64,000 bases of DNA, from contig CAWJXV010000008.1 of NCBI GenBank assembly GCA_963846915.1, positions 135,310 to 199,309 on the forward strand, written 5' to 3'. Source of the DNA: an uncultured Actinomycetes bacterium. Its GTDB lineage: Bacteria; Actinomycetota; Thermoleophilia; Gaiellales; Gaiellaceae. Shown piece by piece: positions 31,369-38,324 of this stretch. Numbering within the stretch: the first letter of the stretch is position 1; the number at the start of each line of letters is the position of its first letter. The translations under genes and the position numbers were made by a program. The notes under the pieces are model-generated. The model ran no database searches. It worked only from the letters and a program-made list of their open reading frames with translations, and had not been told where the DNA came from.

Positions 31369-31710
31369 CTAGTTCCGGCTCGCTCGACCAGCGTGATCCG
31401 CGACGGTCCGGTGACCGTCGCACTGGATCTCGGTCACCTCGGCCCACCACCTCGGCCCGTACACGGACCGGAACACTCTCGTAACGGTCGCCAGGACTTC
31501 ATCGACGCTGTCCGACCTGAGCTCGAGCGAGTAACGCCTCTCCTGCTCGATCGCGATGCTGAGGCTGCCGGCCCCAGCCTGAGCGAGCGCCGTGAGCAGC
31601 CGCGAGTCTGTTTCCGGGTCGTCGGCTCCCGGATGCAGGCCGACAACGACGCAGAAACGTCTCGACGCCGCAGAAGGCTCGTTGTCCGGATCCTTCCTTT
31701 CGCCGGCCAC
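31369..31710 (-). CDS. Hypothetical protein (113 aa)
   Basis: ORF 31369..31710. No motif recognised. The start lies 13 nt from dyad copy 2. Coding status rests only on ORF length and position. Confidence 0.4.
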   Translation of the reverse strand: MAGERKDPDNEPSAASRRFCVVVGLHPGADDPETDSRLLTALAQAGAGSLSIAIEQERRYSLELRSDSVDEVLATVTRVFRSVYGPRWWAEVTEIQCDGHRTVADHAGRASRN

Positions 31711-31722
31711 AGTCTGGGATGG

Positions 31723-31739
31723 TAGTCAAGAATTGACTA
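31723..31739. promoter_or_regulatory. Dyad TAGTCA-N5-TGACTA, copy 2
   Basis: TAGTCAAGAATTGACTA is perfect in both arms. It lies in the AT-richer gap between ORF 31369..31710 (minus strand) and ORF 31753..32082 (plus strand). Confidence 0.4.
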
Positions 31740-31752
31740 AAGTCCGGGAGAC

Positions 31753-32082
31753 GTGGGTGCCTCGCCTCACGAAGGTCAGGACGGTCTCCGGGCGCGGGCC
31801 GACCTGTTCAGCGCCGTCGTATCGTCGTGTCAGGGCTGCGGGGCGATGTTCGGGGATCCTCACTGGCCAGGCTGTCCGATCGACATGTTCGACCTGGGTG
31901 ACGCAATGCGGACGTGCCGGGAGCGTGGCTGGGCCGTGGCGTATGTGGACGAGCAAGGTTTCCGGCCCTGCCATCCAGACGAGCCGGGCGGCTCACCGGA
32001 TCGGGATCAGGCGTGTTCCCGCGGCCTTGAAGGACGCGATCACTCGTTGCCCGGTGGCGAGCTGCAGGCGCTCCACCGATGA
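31753..32082 (+). CDS. Candidate small Cys-rich protein (very uncertain)
   Basis: ORF 31753..32082. SSCQGCGAMFGDPHWPGCP...CRERGW...PCHPDE. Third-position GC looks lower than in neighbouring genes. The last 90 nt overlap the convergent modC 3' end. Confidence 0.25.
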   Translation: MGASPHEGQDGLRARADLFSAVVSSCQGCGAMFGDPHWPGCPIDMFDLGDAMRTCRERGWAVAYVDEQGFRPCHPDEPGGSPDRDQACSRGLEGRDHSLPGGELQALHR

Positions 32083-33024
32083 GGCCGTCACCTCGGCCAC
32101 GAGAGGCCCCAGCCCGACCCGCACGCGGTTGGCGACCGGGACGAGCGACGTGATCTCGGCCCAGATGTGGTTGAGCGCCGAGTCCGAGACCGGCTCGTGG
32201 GCGATCGAGATCTCCCAGGGGTAGACGATGGCGTTGACGTCTCCCTCCACCTCGTCGGTCGAGTAGATCCGCTCGCCGCCGGCGAGGGTGACCTCCGCGA
32301 GGCCGTTCCCGCTGCGCCTGGCGACGCCGCGCAGCACGTTGGCGCCGCCCAGGCTGGCCACGAACGAGTCGGCAGGCGACGCCACGAGCTCGGCCGGCGA
32401 CGCGAGCTGGACGAGCTTCCCATCGACGACGACGCCGACCCGGTCGGCGAGCGTCGCCGCGTCCTCGAAGTCGTGCGTGACGAGGATCGTCGGCAGGCCG
32501 CAGTTCTCCAGCAGCTCGTGCAGCTCTCCGCGAACGCGCGTCTTCGTGTGCGCGTCGAGCGCCGACAGAGGCTCGTCGAGGAGCAGCACCGCCGGGTCGC
32601 GGGCCAGGGCACGCGCGAGGGCGACCCGCTGGCGCTCGCCCCCCGACAGCTTGGTCGGACGGGCACCTGCGAGGTGGTCGATCCGGAACCGCTGCAGGAG
32701 CCCGTCGACGTTGCCGTCGCCGCCGAAGGCGACGTTGCGGCGGACGTCGAGATGCGGGAACAGCGCGTACTCCTGGAAGACGAGGCCGACGGAGCGCTCC
32801 TCGGGCGGCAGGAAGACACCCTGCTCGCTGTCGAACCAGCTCTGGCCGCCACAGCTGATCCGCCCGCGCTCGGGCCGCGCGAGGCCCGCGATCGCCCGCA
32901 GCACGCTGGTTTTCCCGGCCCCCGAAGGCCCGACGAGCGCGACTGTCTCGTTCCCGACCTCGAGGGCTAGCTCGAGGACGAACGAGCGAAGAGGAAGGGA
33001 GATGTCGAATCGGAGCGTGTCCAT
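31993..33024 (-). CDS. modC: Molybdate ABC transporter ATP-binding protein
   Basis: ORF 31993..33024. GPSGAGKTS, LSGGERQRVALARAL, LLLDEPLSALD, C-terminal TOBE domain. Confidence 0.92.
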   Translation of the reverse strand: MDTLRFDISLPLRSFVLELALEVGNETVALVGPSGAGKTSVLRAIAGLARPERGRISCGGQSWFDSEQGVFLPPEERSVGLVFQEYALFPHLDVRRNVAFGGDGNVDGLLQRFRIDHLAGARPTKLSGGERQRVALARALARDPAVLLLDEPLSALDAHTKTRVRGELHELLENCGLPTILVTHDFEDAATLADRVGVVVDGKLVQLASPAELVASPADSFVASLGGANVLRGVARRSGNGLAEVTLAGGERIYSTDEVEGDVNAIVYPWEISIAHEPVSDSALNHIWAEITSLVPVANRVRVGLGPLVAEVTASSVERLQLATGQRVIASFKAAGTRLIPIR

Positions 33025-33806
33025 GCGGGCCGGAGCTTGACTGCCAGCAGGATCATGGCGCTGATCAGGACGAGCAGGGCGCTGATCGTCAGGGCGACGT
33101 CGAAGTTGACGTCGAACTCCGCGTAGATCGCGAGCGGCAGGGTCTGGGTGACGCCCTGGAAGCTGCCTGCGAACATGATCGTCGCGCCGAACTCGCCGAT
33201 ACCGCGGGCAAACGCCAGAGCTGCACCGGCGCTGAGACCGGCCATCGCGAGTGGCAGCGCCACCCGGAAGAAGACCCGGGCCGGTGATGCTCCGAGCGTG
33301 CGGGCGGCGTCGATCAGATTCTGGTCGAGGGTTTCGAATGCGGCGATTCCCTGGCGCAGATAGAACGGGCTGGCGACGAAGGCGATCGCCATCACCACGG
33401 CGACCTGGCTGAACGGGATCTGGACGCCGAGCCAGTCGATCGGAGTCCCAAGCAGACCGACGCGGCCGAACGCTGCGAGGAGCCCGATGCCGGCGACGGC
33501 GGGCGGCAGGACGAGCGGCAGCTCGACGAGCGTGAGTGCGAAGCTCCGCCCGCGAAAGCGCCGCGTCCCGATCAGGTACGCCGTCGGTGTGCCGAGCAGG
33601 AGGATCAGCGCCATCGCGATCGCATTCGTCTTCAGGGTGACGAGGAGCGCGTCGGTGACGACCGGGTCGCCGAGCTGTCCGATCAGCTTGCCGGGCGGGA
33701 CACGCAGGAAGATCGCGAGCAGCGGCAGCAGCAGGAACAGCGCCGCTATCCCGGTGGCGAGGAAGAGGCCGAAGCTGAACAGCCGCCTGCTGAGCGTAGG
33801 CGCTAC
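32967..33806 (-). CDS. modB: Molybdate ABC transporter permease
   Basis: 3' 280 codons of ORF 32967..34574. PLVLPPAVAGIGLL, EAA-loop region DAARTLGASPARVFFRVALPLA, ARGIGEFGATIMFAGS. No ATG/GTG/TTG near the expected N-terminus. The upper boundary is placed at the GTA codon overlapping the modA TAG, so the start is unresolved. Confidence 0.85.
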   Translation of the reverse strand, partial: VAPTLSRRLFSFGLFLATGIAALFLLLPLLAIFLRVPPGKLIGQLGDPVVTDALLVTLKTNAIAMALILLLGTPTAYLIGTRRFRGRSFALTLVELPLVLPPAVAGIGLLAAFGRVGLLGTPIDWLGVQIPFSQVAVVMAIAFVASPFYLRQGIAAFETLDQNLIDAARTLGASPARVFFRVALPLAMAGLSAGAALAFARGIGEFGATIMFAGSFQGVTQTLPLAIYAEFDVNFDVALTISALLVLISAMILLAVKLRPAWTRSDSTSPFLFARSSSS

Positions 33807-34591
33807 TTCTTGACCGTCCCCTTCGGGCCGCCGAAGCCGGCTGCCTTGAGGAGCTTCTGCCCCGGCTTCGAGAGCACCTTGGCGATGAACGCGGCCGCCG
33901 CCGTCTGGTTCGACGAGCTCTTGAGGACGGCGATCTCGTACTTCACGTGCGGCTGCGCCCACCCGGGCAGGAACATCGTCTTCACCTTGCCGGGCACCGT
34001 CTTCGCGTCGGTGATGTAGACGAAGCCCGCGTCGGCCTCGCCGAGCGAGACCTTCGTGAGGATGTCGCGAACGTTCTGCTCGTTCGAGACGACGTGCGTC
34101 AGCACGCACTGCAGGCCGAGGTTGGTCAGGACCTGCCGCGTGTAGGAGCCGATCGGCACGGCCTTGTCGCCGATGTCGACCTTGACTCCCGACTTGCACA
34201 GGTCGTAGGCGTTCCTGATCCCGGCAGGGTTCGAGGTCGGCGTGATCAGGACCAGCCGGTTGGTCGCGAACACGACGGGCTTGAGCACGAGACCCTTCTG
34301 GAACAGCTGCTCCGGGTACTTCGGGCTCGCCGCGGCGAACACGTCGGCCGGCGCACCCTGCTGGATCTGGGCCGCCAGCGTGTCCGAGCCGCCGAACGAG
34401 TACTTGTTCGCCGAGTCGATCTGCGGGAACACGTTCGTCAGGGAGGAGGCCGCAAGCACGGTCAGTCCCGAGTTCGCCTTGCCCGACCGGGCAGGGCCGG
34501 CGCTCGCTGCACCGGCGAAGGCAGAGGCGACTCCGACCAGAACGAGGACTGAAGCGGCGACGTGCAGCCGCCACCGGACAGGACTTCTCAC
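33803..34591 (-). CDS. modA: Molybdate ABC transporter substrate-binding protein
   Basis: ORF 33803..34591 (GTG start). Signal peptide, then LTVLAASSLTNVF, GGSDTLAAQIQQGAPADVFAAAS, ADAGFVYITDA. Confidence 0.92.
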   Translation of the reverse strand: MRSPVRWRLHVAASVLVLVGVASAFAGAASAGPARSGKANSGLTVLAASSLTNVFPQIDSANKYSFGGSDTLAAQIQQGAPADVFAAASPKYPEQLFQKGLVLKPVVFATNRLVLITPTSNPAGIRNAYDLCKSGVKVDIGDKAVPIGSYTRQVLTNLGLQCVLTHVVSNEQNVRDILTKVSLGEADAGFVYITDAKTVPGKVKTMFLPGWAQPHVKYEIAVLKSSSNQTAAAAFIAKVLSKPGQKLLKAAGFGGPKGTVKK

Positions 34592-34612
34592 GTCGACCCC
34601 CTCCTCTGACGG

Positions 34613-34990
34613 TTAGCGCTGGACCATGACCGAGGTCGCCTTGACGACCGCGGTCGCATCCATCCCGGGGCGAATCCCGAGCTCCTCCAGTGACTCGCGC
34701 GTGATGATCGAGACGACTCGACCGGGCTCGGTGACCTCGATGTCGACCTGGGCGAGCAGCCCGTCGACCTTGATCTCGCGGACGATGCCGCGAAACCGGT
34801 TGCGGGCGCTGAGCGTTCCGTCGCCGTCAGCTCCGCGGATGCGCTCGATCTCGGCCGCGGCGACGACACGCCGGTTGCCTCGATCGCGGCTCGTTTCGAT
34901 CCGGCCGTCGCGGTCCCAGCGCCGGATCGTGTCGATGCTGACACCGAGTGCACGGGCGGCCTCGCCGATCGAATACTGCTGCTTAGGCAC
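34613..34990 (-). CDS. Molybdate-responsive transcription regulator candidate (MerR/excisionase-type HTH fused to a TOBE domain)
   Basis: ORF 34613..34990 (GTG start). HTH region YSIGEAARALGVSIDTIRRWDRDG. TOBE region SARNRFRGIVREIKVDGLLAQVDIEV...ATAVVKATSVMV. Sits directly upstream of modABC. Confidence 0.85.
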   Translation of the reverse strand: MPKQQYSIGEAARALGVSIDTIRRWDRDGRIETSRDRGNRRVVAAAEIERIRGADGDGTLSARNRFRGIVREIKVDGLLAQVDIEVTEPGRVVSIITRESLEELGIRPGMDATAVVKATSVMVQR

Positions 34991-35021
34991 TGCCTAGAAC
35001 CTATCAGCCGGCCTCGGACGG

Positions 35022-35621
35022 TCACGAGATGAAAGGATCGAGCGCCGCCGAGCCGTCCTCGACGCTGAGCGGAACCGGGAACGACAGCCCGATCGGTCTG
35101 TCGAGGACGATTCGCGAAAACACGCTCAGATGCTGGGCATGGCTAGCAGCGATGCGCGCGAACGCGCCGCGCGTGCCGGCATCTTGCAGCGATCCTGCAC
35201 CGCCCAGGTAGATGCCCAGGAACGCCGTCTCGAGCTGGAGGCCGAGCTGCGCCGTGCTGCGCCTCGTCGCGAACGCCTTGGCCGGGAAGGTGAAGTCGAA
35301 GTCGCCGGCCTGACCCGGCGTCTGGCCGGCGTCGGTCAGGAACTTGGCGGTCGCGGTGTAGTGCTCGCCCTCGTTCGAGAGCGCCCGCTTCAGGTATCGG
35401 GTCTCGTTCCCGCCGAAGACCTTCGCAGCCAGTGCCTGTGTGTAGAACTCGGCTCCGAGGAGCTCCGCTGCGAGCGCCAGCGTCACCACCGGGATGTCCC
35501 CCGGGCCGATCGCCTCGGCGCCGGCCGCTGCTTCGGACGCAAAGACGCCGCCGGTCAGCGCGAAGGCGGCGCCCCCTGCCGCGGTCCGAGCCAGCAGTTG
35601 ACCCCGAGTCAGTCCTGTCAC
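35022..35621 (-). CDS. Ferritin-like domain protein with N-terminal export signal
   Basis: ORF 35022..35621. LTRGQLLARTAAGGAAFALTGGVFA signal-like N-terminus. LALAAELLGAEFYTQAL...NEGEHY...IAASHAQH resembles ferritin-like (Ferritin_2/DUF4439-type) helices. Confidence 0.7.
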   Translation of the reverse strand: MTGLTRGQLLARTAAGGAAFALTGGVFASEAAAGAEAIGPGDIPVVTLALAAELLGAEFYTQALAAKVFGGNETRYLKRALSNEGEHYTATAKFLTDAGQTPGQAGDFDFTFPAKAFATRRSTAQLGLQLETAFLGIYLGGAGSLQDAGTRGAFARIAASHAQHLSVFSRIVLDRPIGLSFPVPLSVEDGSAALDPFIS

Positions 35622-35670
35622 CCGCTCTCCTCTCCCACGACCTAGGCAATGCCTGGCTACAGGCGCAGGA

Positions 35671-35687
35671 TAGTAACAGACTGACTA
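35671..35687. promoter_or_regulatory. Dyad TAGTAA-N5-TGACTA, copy 3 (one mismatch)
   Basis: TAGTAACAGACTGACTA lies 50 nt upstream of the ferritin-like gene that heads the ferritin-like / HTH-TOBE / modABC gene string. An extra half-site TGACTA occurs at 35699-35704. Confidence 0.35.
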
Positions 35688-35701
35688 CTGCCCTGGGCTG
35701 A

Positions 35702-36286
35702 CTATCGCACTCGGGCGGTGAGCAGGAAGCGCAGGACGGCGCGGGTGGACTCGAGCCGCCACTCCACGAGCGTCCGTTCGAAGCCCTCGAGCTCGCGCGC
35801 CTGCTCCTCCAGCGCCTCCGCAACCGGCTCGAGCAGCGCCTGCTCGGCCTCGAGCAACGGCGCCGGATCGCCGCCGGAGCGGTCGAGGAAGAGGAGCTTG
35901 AGCATCAGCAGCGAGCGAACGTCGCGCACGTGCTCCACGGGCTCGTTCAACCACCGGCCCAGACGGCGGCGTCCGAGCGCCGTCGCCCGGATCGATCTCC
36001 GGTCCGGACCCCGATCGCTCGGCTCGACGGCTCCCTTCTCCACGAGCCCGGCCTCGACCAGCTCGTCGAGCGCGCGATACACGAGCGGCCGGGAGAGCGA
36101 CCACACGCGCCCGATCTCGCCGTCGGAGCCGAGCGCCTTCGCGACCGCGAACCCGTGCGTCGGGCCCTCCGCGGTCAGCGCGAGCACGGCCCACGCGCCG
36201 GCGCCCAGCGATTTCTCGGCCACGGAGAGACCATAACTTCCCCATCCCTGGATCGAGGGATGCCGGGCCGTGGCCGGCTGGTCCAT
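35702..36286 (-). CDS. PadR family transcriptional regulator
   Basis: ORF 35702..36286. WAVLALTAEGPTHGFAVAKAL...WSLSRPLVYRALDELVEAGLV is PadR wHTH, followed by a C-terminal coiled region. The start may be GTG 36223. Confidence 0.85.
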   Translation of the reverse strand: MDQPATARHPSIQGWGSYGLSVAEKSLGAGAWAVLALTAEGPTHGFAVAKALGSDGEIGRVWSLSRPLVYRALDELVEAGLVEKGAVEPSDRGPDRRSIRATALGRRRLGRWLNEPVEHVRDVRSLLMLKLLFLDRSGGDPAPLLEAEQALLEPVAEALEEQARELEGFERTLVEWRLESTRAVLRFLLTARVR

Positions 36287-36644
36287 GCTGAGGAGTGGCG
36301 TGACGTTCGTCTACCTCGCTCACCGGCGCTCGCAGGACGTGCTCACGGCGTTCCAGGCGCGGCCGATGATCGTGTCGCTCCGCACCCAGCGCCGGCTCAT
36401 CTCGGCGACCGACGCGCACTTCCTGGTGACAGAGCTCGCCCGCCTCCCTGAGACACGCTGGCCGGCGGCCCCGGCGCTCAGGGAGCGCATGGTCACGGGC
36501 CTCGCGAGGGGCTGGCCGATCACGCTGACCGCGGACGAGGAGCCGACGTTGCTCCGCGCGGTCGCGGGTGCCCGAACGCGGCGCCCGCTCACGGCGGGCC
36601 TGCGCCTCCTGCGCGATGCGCTCGCTCCCGGCAGCGTCGGTTAG
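36270..36644 (+). CDS. Hypothetical protein
   Basis: ORF 36270..36644, divergent from PadR. No recognisable motif. An alternative ATG lies at 36285. Confidence 0.4.
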   Translation: MAGWSMLRSGVTFVYLAHRRSQDVLTAFQARPMIVSLRTQRRLISATDAHFLVTELARLPETRWPAAPALRERMVTGLARGWPITLTADEEPTLLRAVAGARTRRPLTAGLRLLRDALAPGSVG

Positions 36645-36645
36645 A

Positions 36646-36732
36646 GTCTCGTCACCGGGGTGCCCCGGCGGGTCCGGGGCTGAGATCACACCCGCTGAAC
36701 CTGATCCGGTTCGTACCGGCGAAGGGAGGCGT
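36646..36732 (+). promoter_or_regulatory. TPP (THI-box) riboswitch
   Basis: GUCUCGUCACCGGGGUGCCCCGGCGGGUCCGGGGCUGAGAUCACACCCGCUGAACCUGAUCCGGUUCGUACCGGCGAAGGGAGGCGU. It contains the conserved GGGGUGC, CUGAGA, ACCC..GAACCUGAUC.GG...ACC.GCG.AGGGA elements. Candidate P1 is GUCUC/GAGGC, whose 3' strand overlaps the GGGAGG Shine-Dalgarno of the ATG at 36733. Confidence 0.85.
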
Positions 36733-36936
36733 ATGAGCGTAGGCTCGACGGAGCTCACGGAGGAGCGGAGGCGGTGGCTCCGCCGCCGCCGGGAGCGGGC
36801 ATGAGCGTAGGCTCGACGGAGCTCACAGAAGAGCGGAGGCGGTGGCTCCGCCGCCGCCGGGAGCGGGCATGAGCGTAGGCTCGACGGAGCTCACAGAAGA
36901 GCGGAGGCGGTGGCTCTGCCGCCGCCGGGAGCGGGA
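36733..36936 (+). repeat. Tandem repeat, 3 x 68 bp
   Basis: Units 36733-36800, 36801-36868 and 36869-36936. Unit 1 vs unit 2 has 2 substitutions (ACG/ACA, GAG/GAA). Unit 2 vs unit 3 has 2 substitutions (CGC/TGC, GCA/GAA). Each unit starts with ATGAGCGTAGGCTCGACGGAGCTCAC. Confidence 0.95.
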
Positions 36937-36940
36937 ATGA
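36733..36940 (+). other. Three chained 23-codon mini-ORFs (MSVGSTELTEERRRWL[R/C]RRRER[A/E]) between the riboswitch and cytX
   Basis: ORFs 36733-36804, 36801-36872 and 36869-36940. Each TGA overlaps the next ATG (ATGA), and the last overlaps the cytX ATG at 36937. A GGGAG lies 5 nt before every ATG. Translation is not demonstrated. Confidence 0.35.
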
Positions 36941-38286
36941 GCTCGGAAACGCCTCCGTGGGGCATCGAGCCCGTCCCCGACAGGCTCCGCGTCCTCGGCT
37001 TCCTCGACTCGCTCCTGCTCTGGGGGAACCTCTCCGTCTCGCTGCTCGTGATCGTGATCGGCGCCCTGCTCGTGCCGGCGCTCTCGCTTCGCGACGCGCT
37101 GCTCGCGATCGTGGTCGGCGCGATCGCCGGCAGCGCACTCCTGGCCGCCGCGGCGCTGATCGGCGCCGACGGCCGCGTGCCGGGAATGGTGCTGCTGCGC
37201 GCGCCGCTCGGGAGGCAGGGCTCGTACGCGCCGACCGTCCTCAACATCGCGCAGAACGTCGGCTGGTCGACCTTCGAGCTGATCATCATCGCCGCCGCCG
37301 CCGGCGCGCTCTCGAAGCACCTGTTCGGCTGGCAGGGCACGTGGTTCTGGACGATCGTGTTCGGACTGCTCTCCTGGGCGCTCGGGATGCTCGGGCCGAT
37401 CGGGTTCGTGCGCCGCTACGTGCGGAAGTTCGCGTCGTGGGCGCTGATCTTCGCGATGGCGTACCTGACCTACTGGGCGATCGAGAAGGCCAACCTCCAT
37501 GCGTTCTGGGCGCAGCCGGGCAAGGGCGGCTTCCCGACGTTCGGCCAGGCGATCGACCTCGTGATCGCGAGCGTCGTCTCCTGGACACCGCTCGCCGCCG
37601 ACTACACACGCTTCTCGCGCTCACGGCGCGGCGCCTTCTGGGGCGCGGGGCTCGGCTACGTCGTGCCGACGATCTGGTGCATCGGGCTCGGCATCCTCGT
37701 CGTCCTCGCGCGGGGGATCGCCGATGCGCAGTCGCTGCCGGCCGGCGTCGCGGCGGCGGGAGGTGTCGCGCTCGTCGCCCTCGCGGCGATCACGATCGAC
37801 GAGAGCGAGAAGGCGTTCGCCGACATCTACTCGACCGCGGTGTCGATCCAGAACCTGCTCCCGCGCGTGTCGCAGCGGCTCCTGATCACGCTCGTCTCCG
37901 CGGCGGCGACCGGGCTCGCGCTCGCGCTCGACCTCGGCAACTACCAGAACTTCCTCTACCTGCTCGGGTCGTGCTTCGTCCCGCTCTTCGGCGTGCTGCT
38001 CGCCGACTGGCTCGTCGCCGGCGCGCACTACCGGGAGCAGGACATCTTCGGCGCGCCCGCCTTCCGGTTCGAGCAGATCGCGGCGTGGGTCGTCGGCTTC
38101 TGCCTCTACCAGTGGCTGTCGCCGGTCGGGCCGAACTGGTGGACCCACCTCGTCGCCCACACGCATCCGGGCTACGTGAGCTTCACCGCCTCGTTACCGG
38201 CCTTCGGAGCCTCGTTCGCGCTCGCGGCGGCCGGCGCGTTCGTCTATCGGCGCGTCCGCACGCGCAGCGCGCTGGCCGAGGCCTGA
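36937..38286 (+). CDS. cytX: NCS1-family transporter, CytX-like (putative hydroxymethylpyrimidine/thiamine-precursor permease)
   Basis: ORF 36910..38286 trimmed to ATG 36937 (MSSETPPWGIEPVPDRLRVLGFLDSLLLWGNLSVSLL...). 12 transmembrane helices. Lies downstream of the TPP riboswitch, as is usual for cytX. Confidence 0.85.
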   Translation: MSSETPPWGIEPVPDRLRVLGFLDSLLLWGNLSVSLLVIVIGALLVPALSLRDALLAIVVGAIAGSALLAAAALIGADGRVPGMVLLRAPLGRQGSYAPTVLNIAQNVGWSTFELIIIAAAAGALSKHLFGWQGTWFWTIVFGLLSWALGMLGPIGFVRRYVRKFASWALIFAMAYLTYWAIEKANLHAFWAQPGKGGFPTFGQAIDLVIASVVSWTPLAADYTRFSRSRRGAFWGAGLGYVVPTIWCIGLGILVVLARGIADAQSLPAGVAAAGGVALVALAAITIDESEKAFADIYSTAVSIQNLLPRVSQRLLITLVSAAATGLALALDLGNYQNFLYLLGSCFVPLFGVLLADWLVAGAHYREQDIFGAPAFRFEQIAAWVVGFCLYQWLSPVGPNWWTHLVAHTHPGYVSFTASLPAFGASFALAAAGAFVYRRVRTRSALAEA

Positions 38287-38324
38287 GCGGACTAAACCGC
38301 CCGCGAGTCGTCTAAGTTCTCGGC

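Noticed and set aside
36568-36804. Track ORF 36568..36804 (78 aa) spanning the riboswitch.
   Set aside because: Its 5' part is the riboswitch aptamer and the tail of the upstream hypothetical gene read in another frame. Only the last 24 codons (the first mini-ORF) are considered potentially meaningful.
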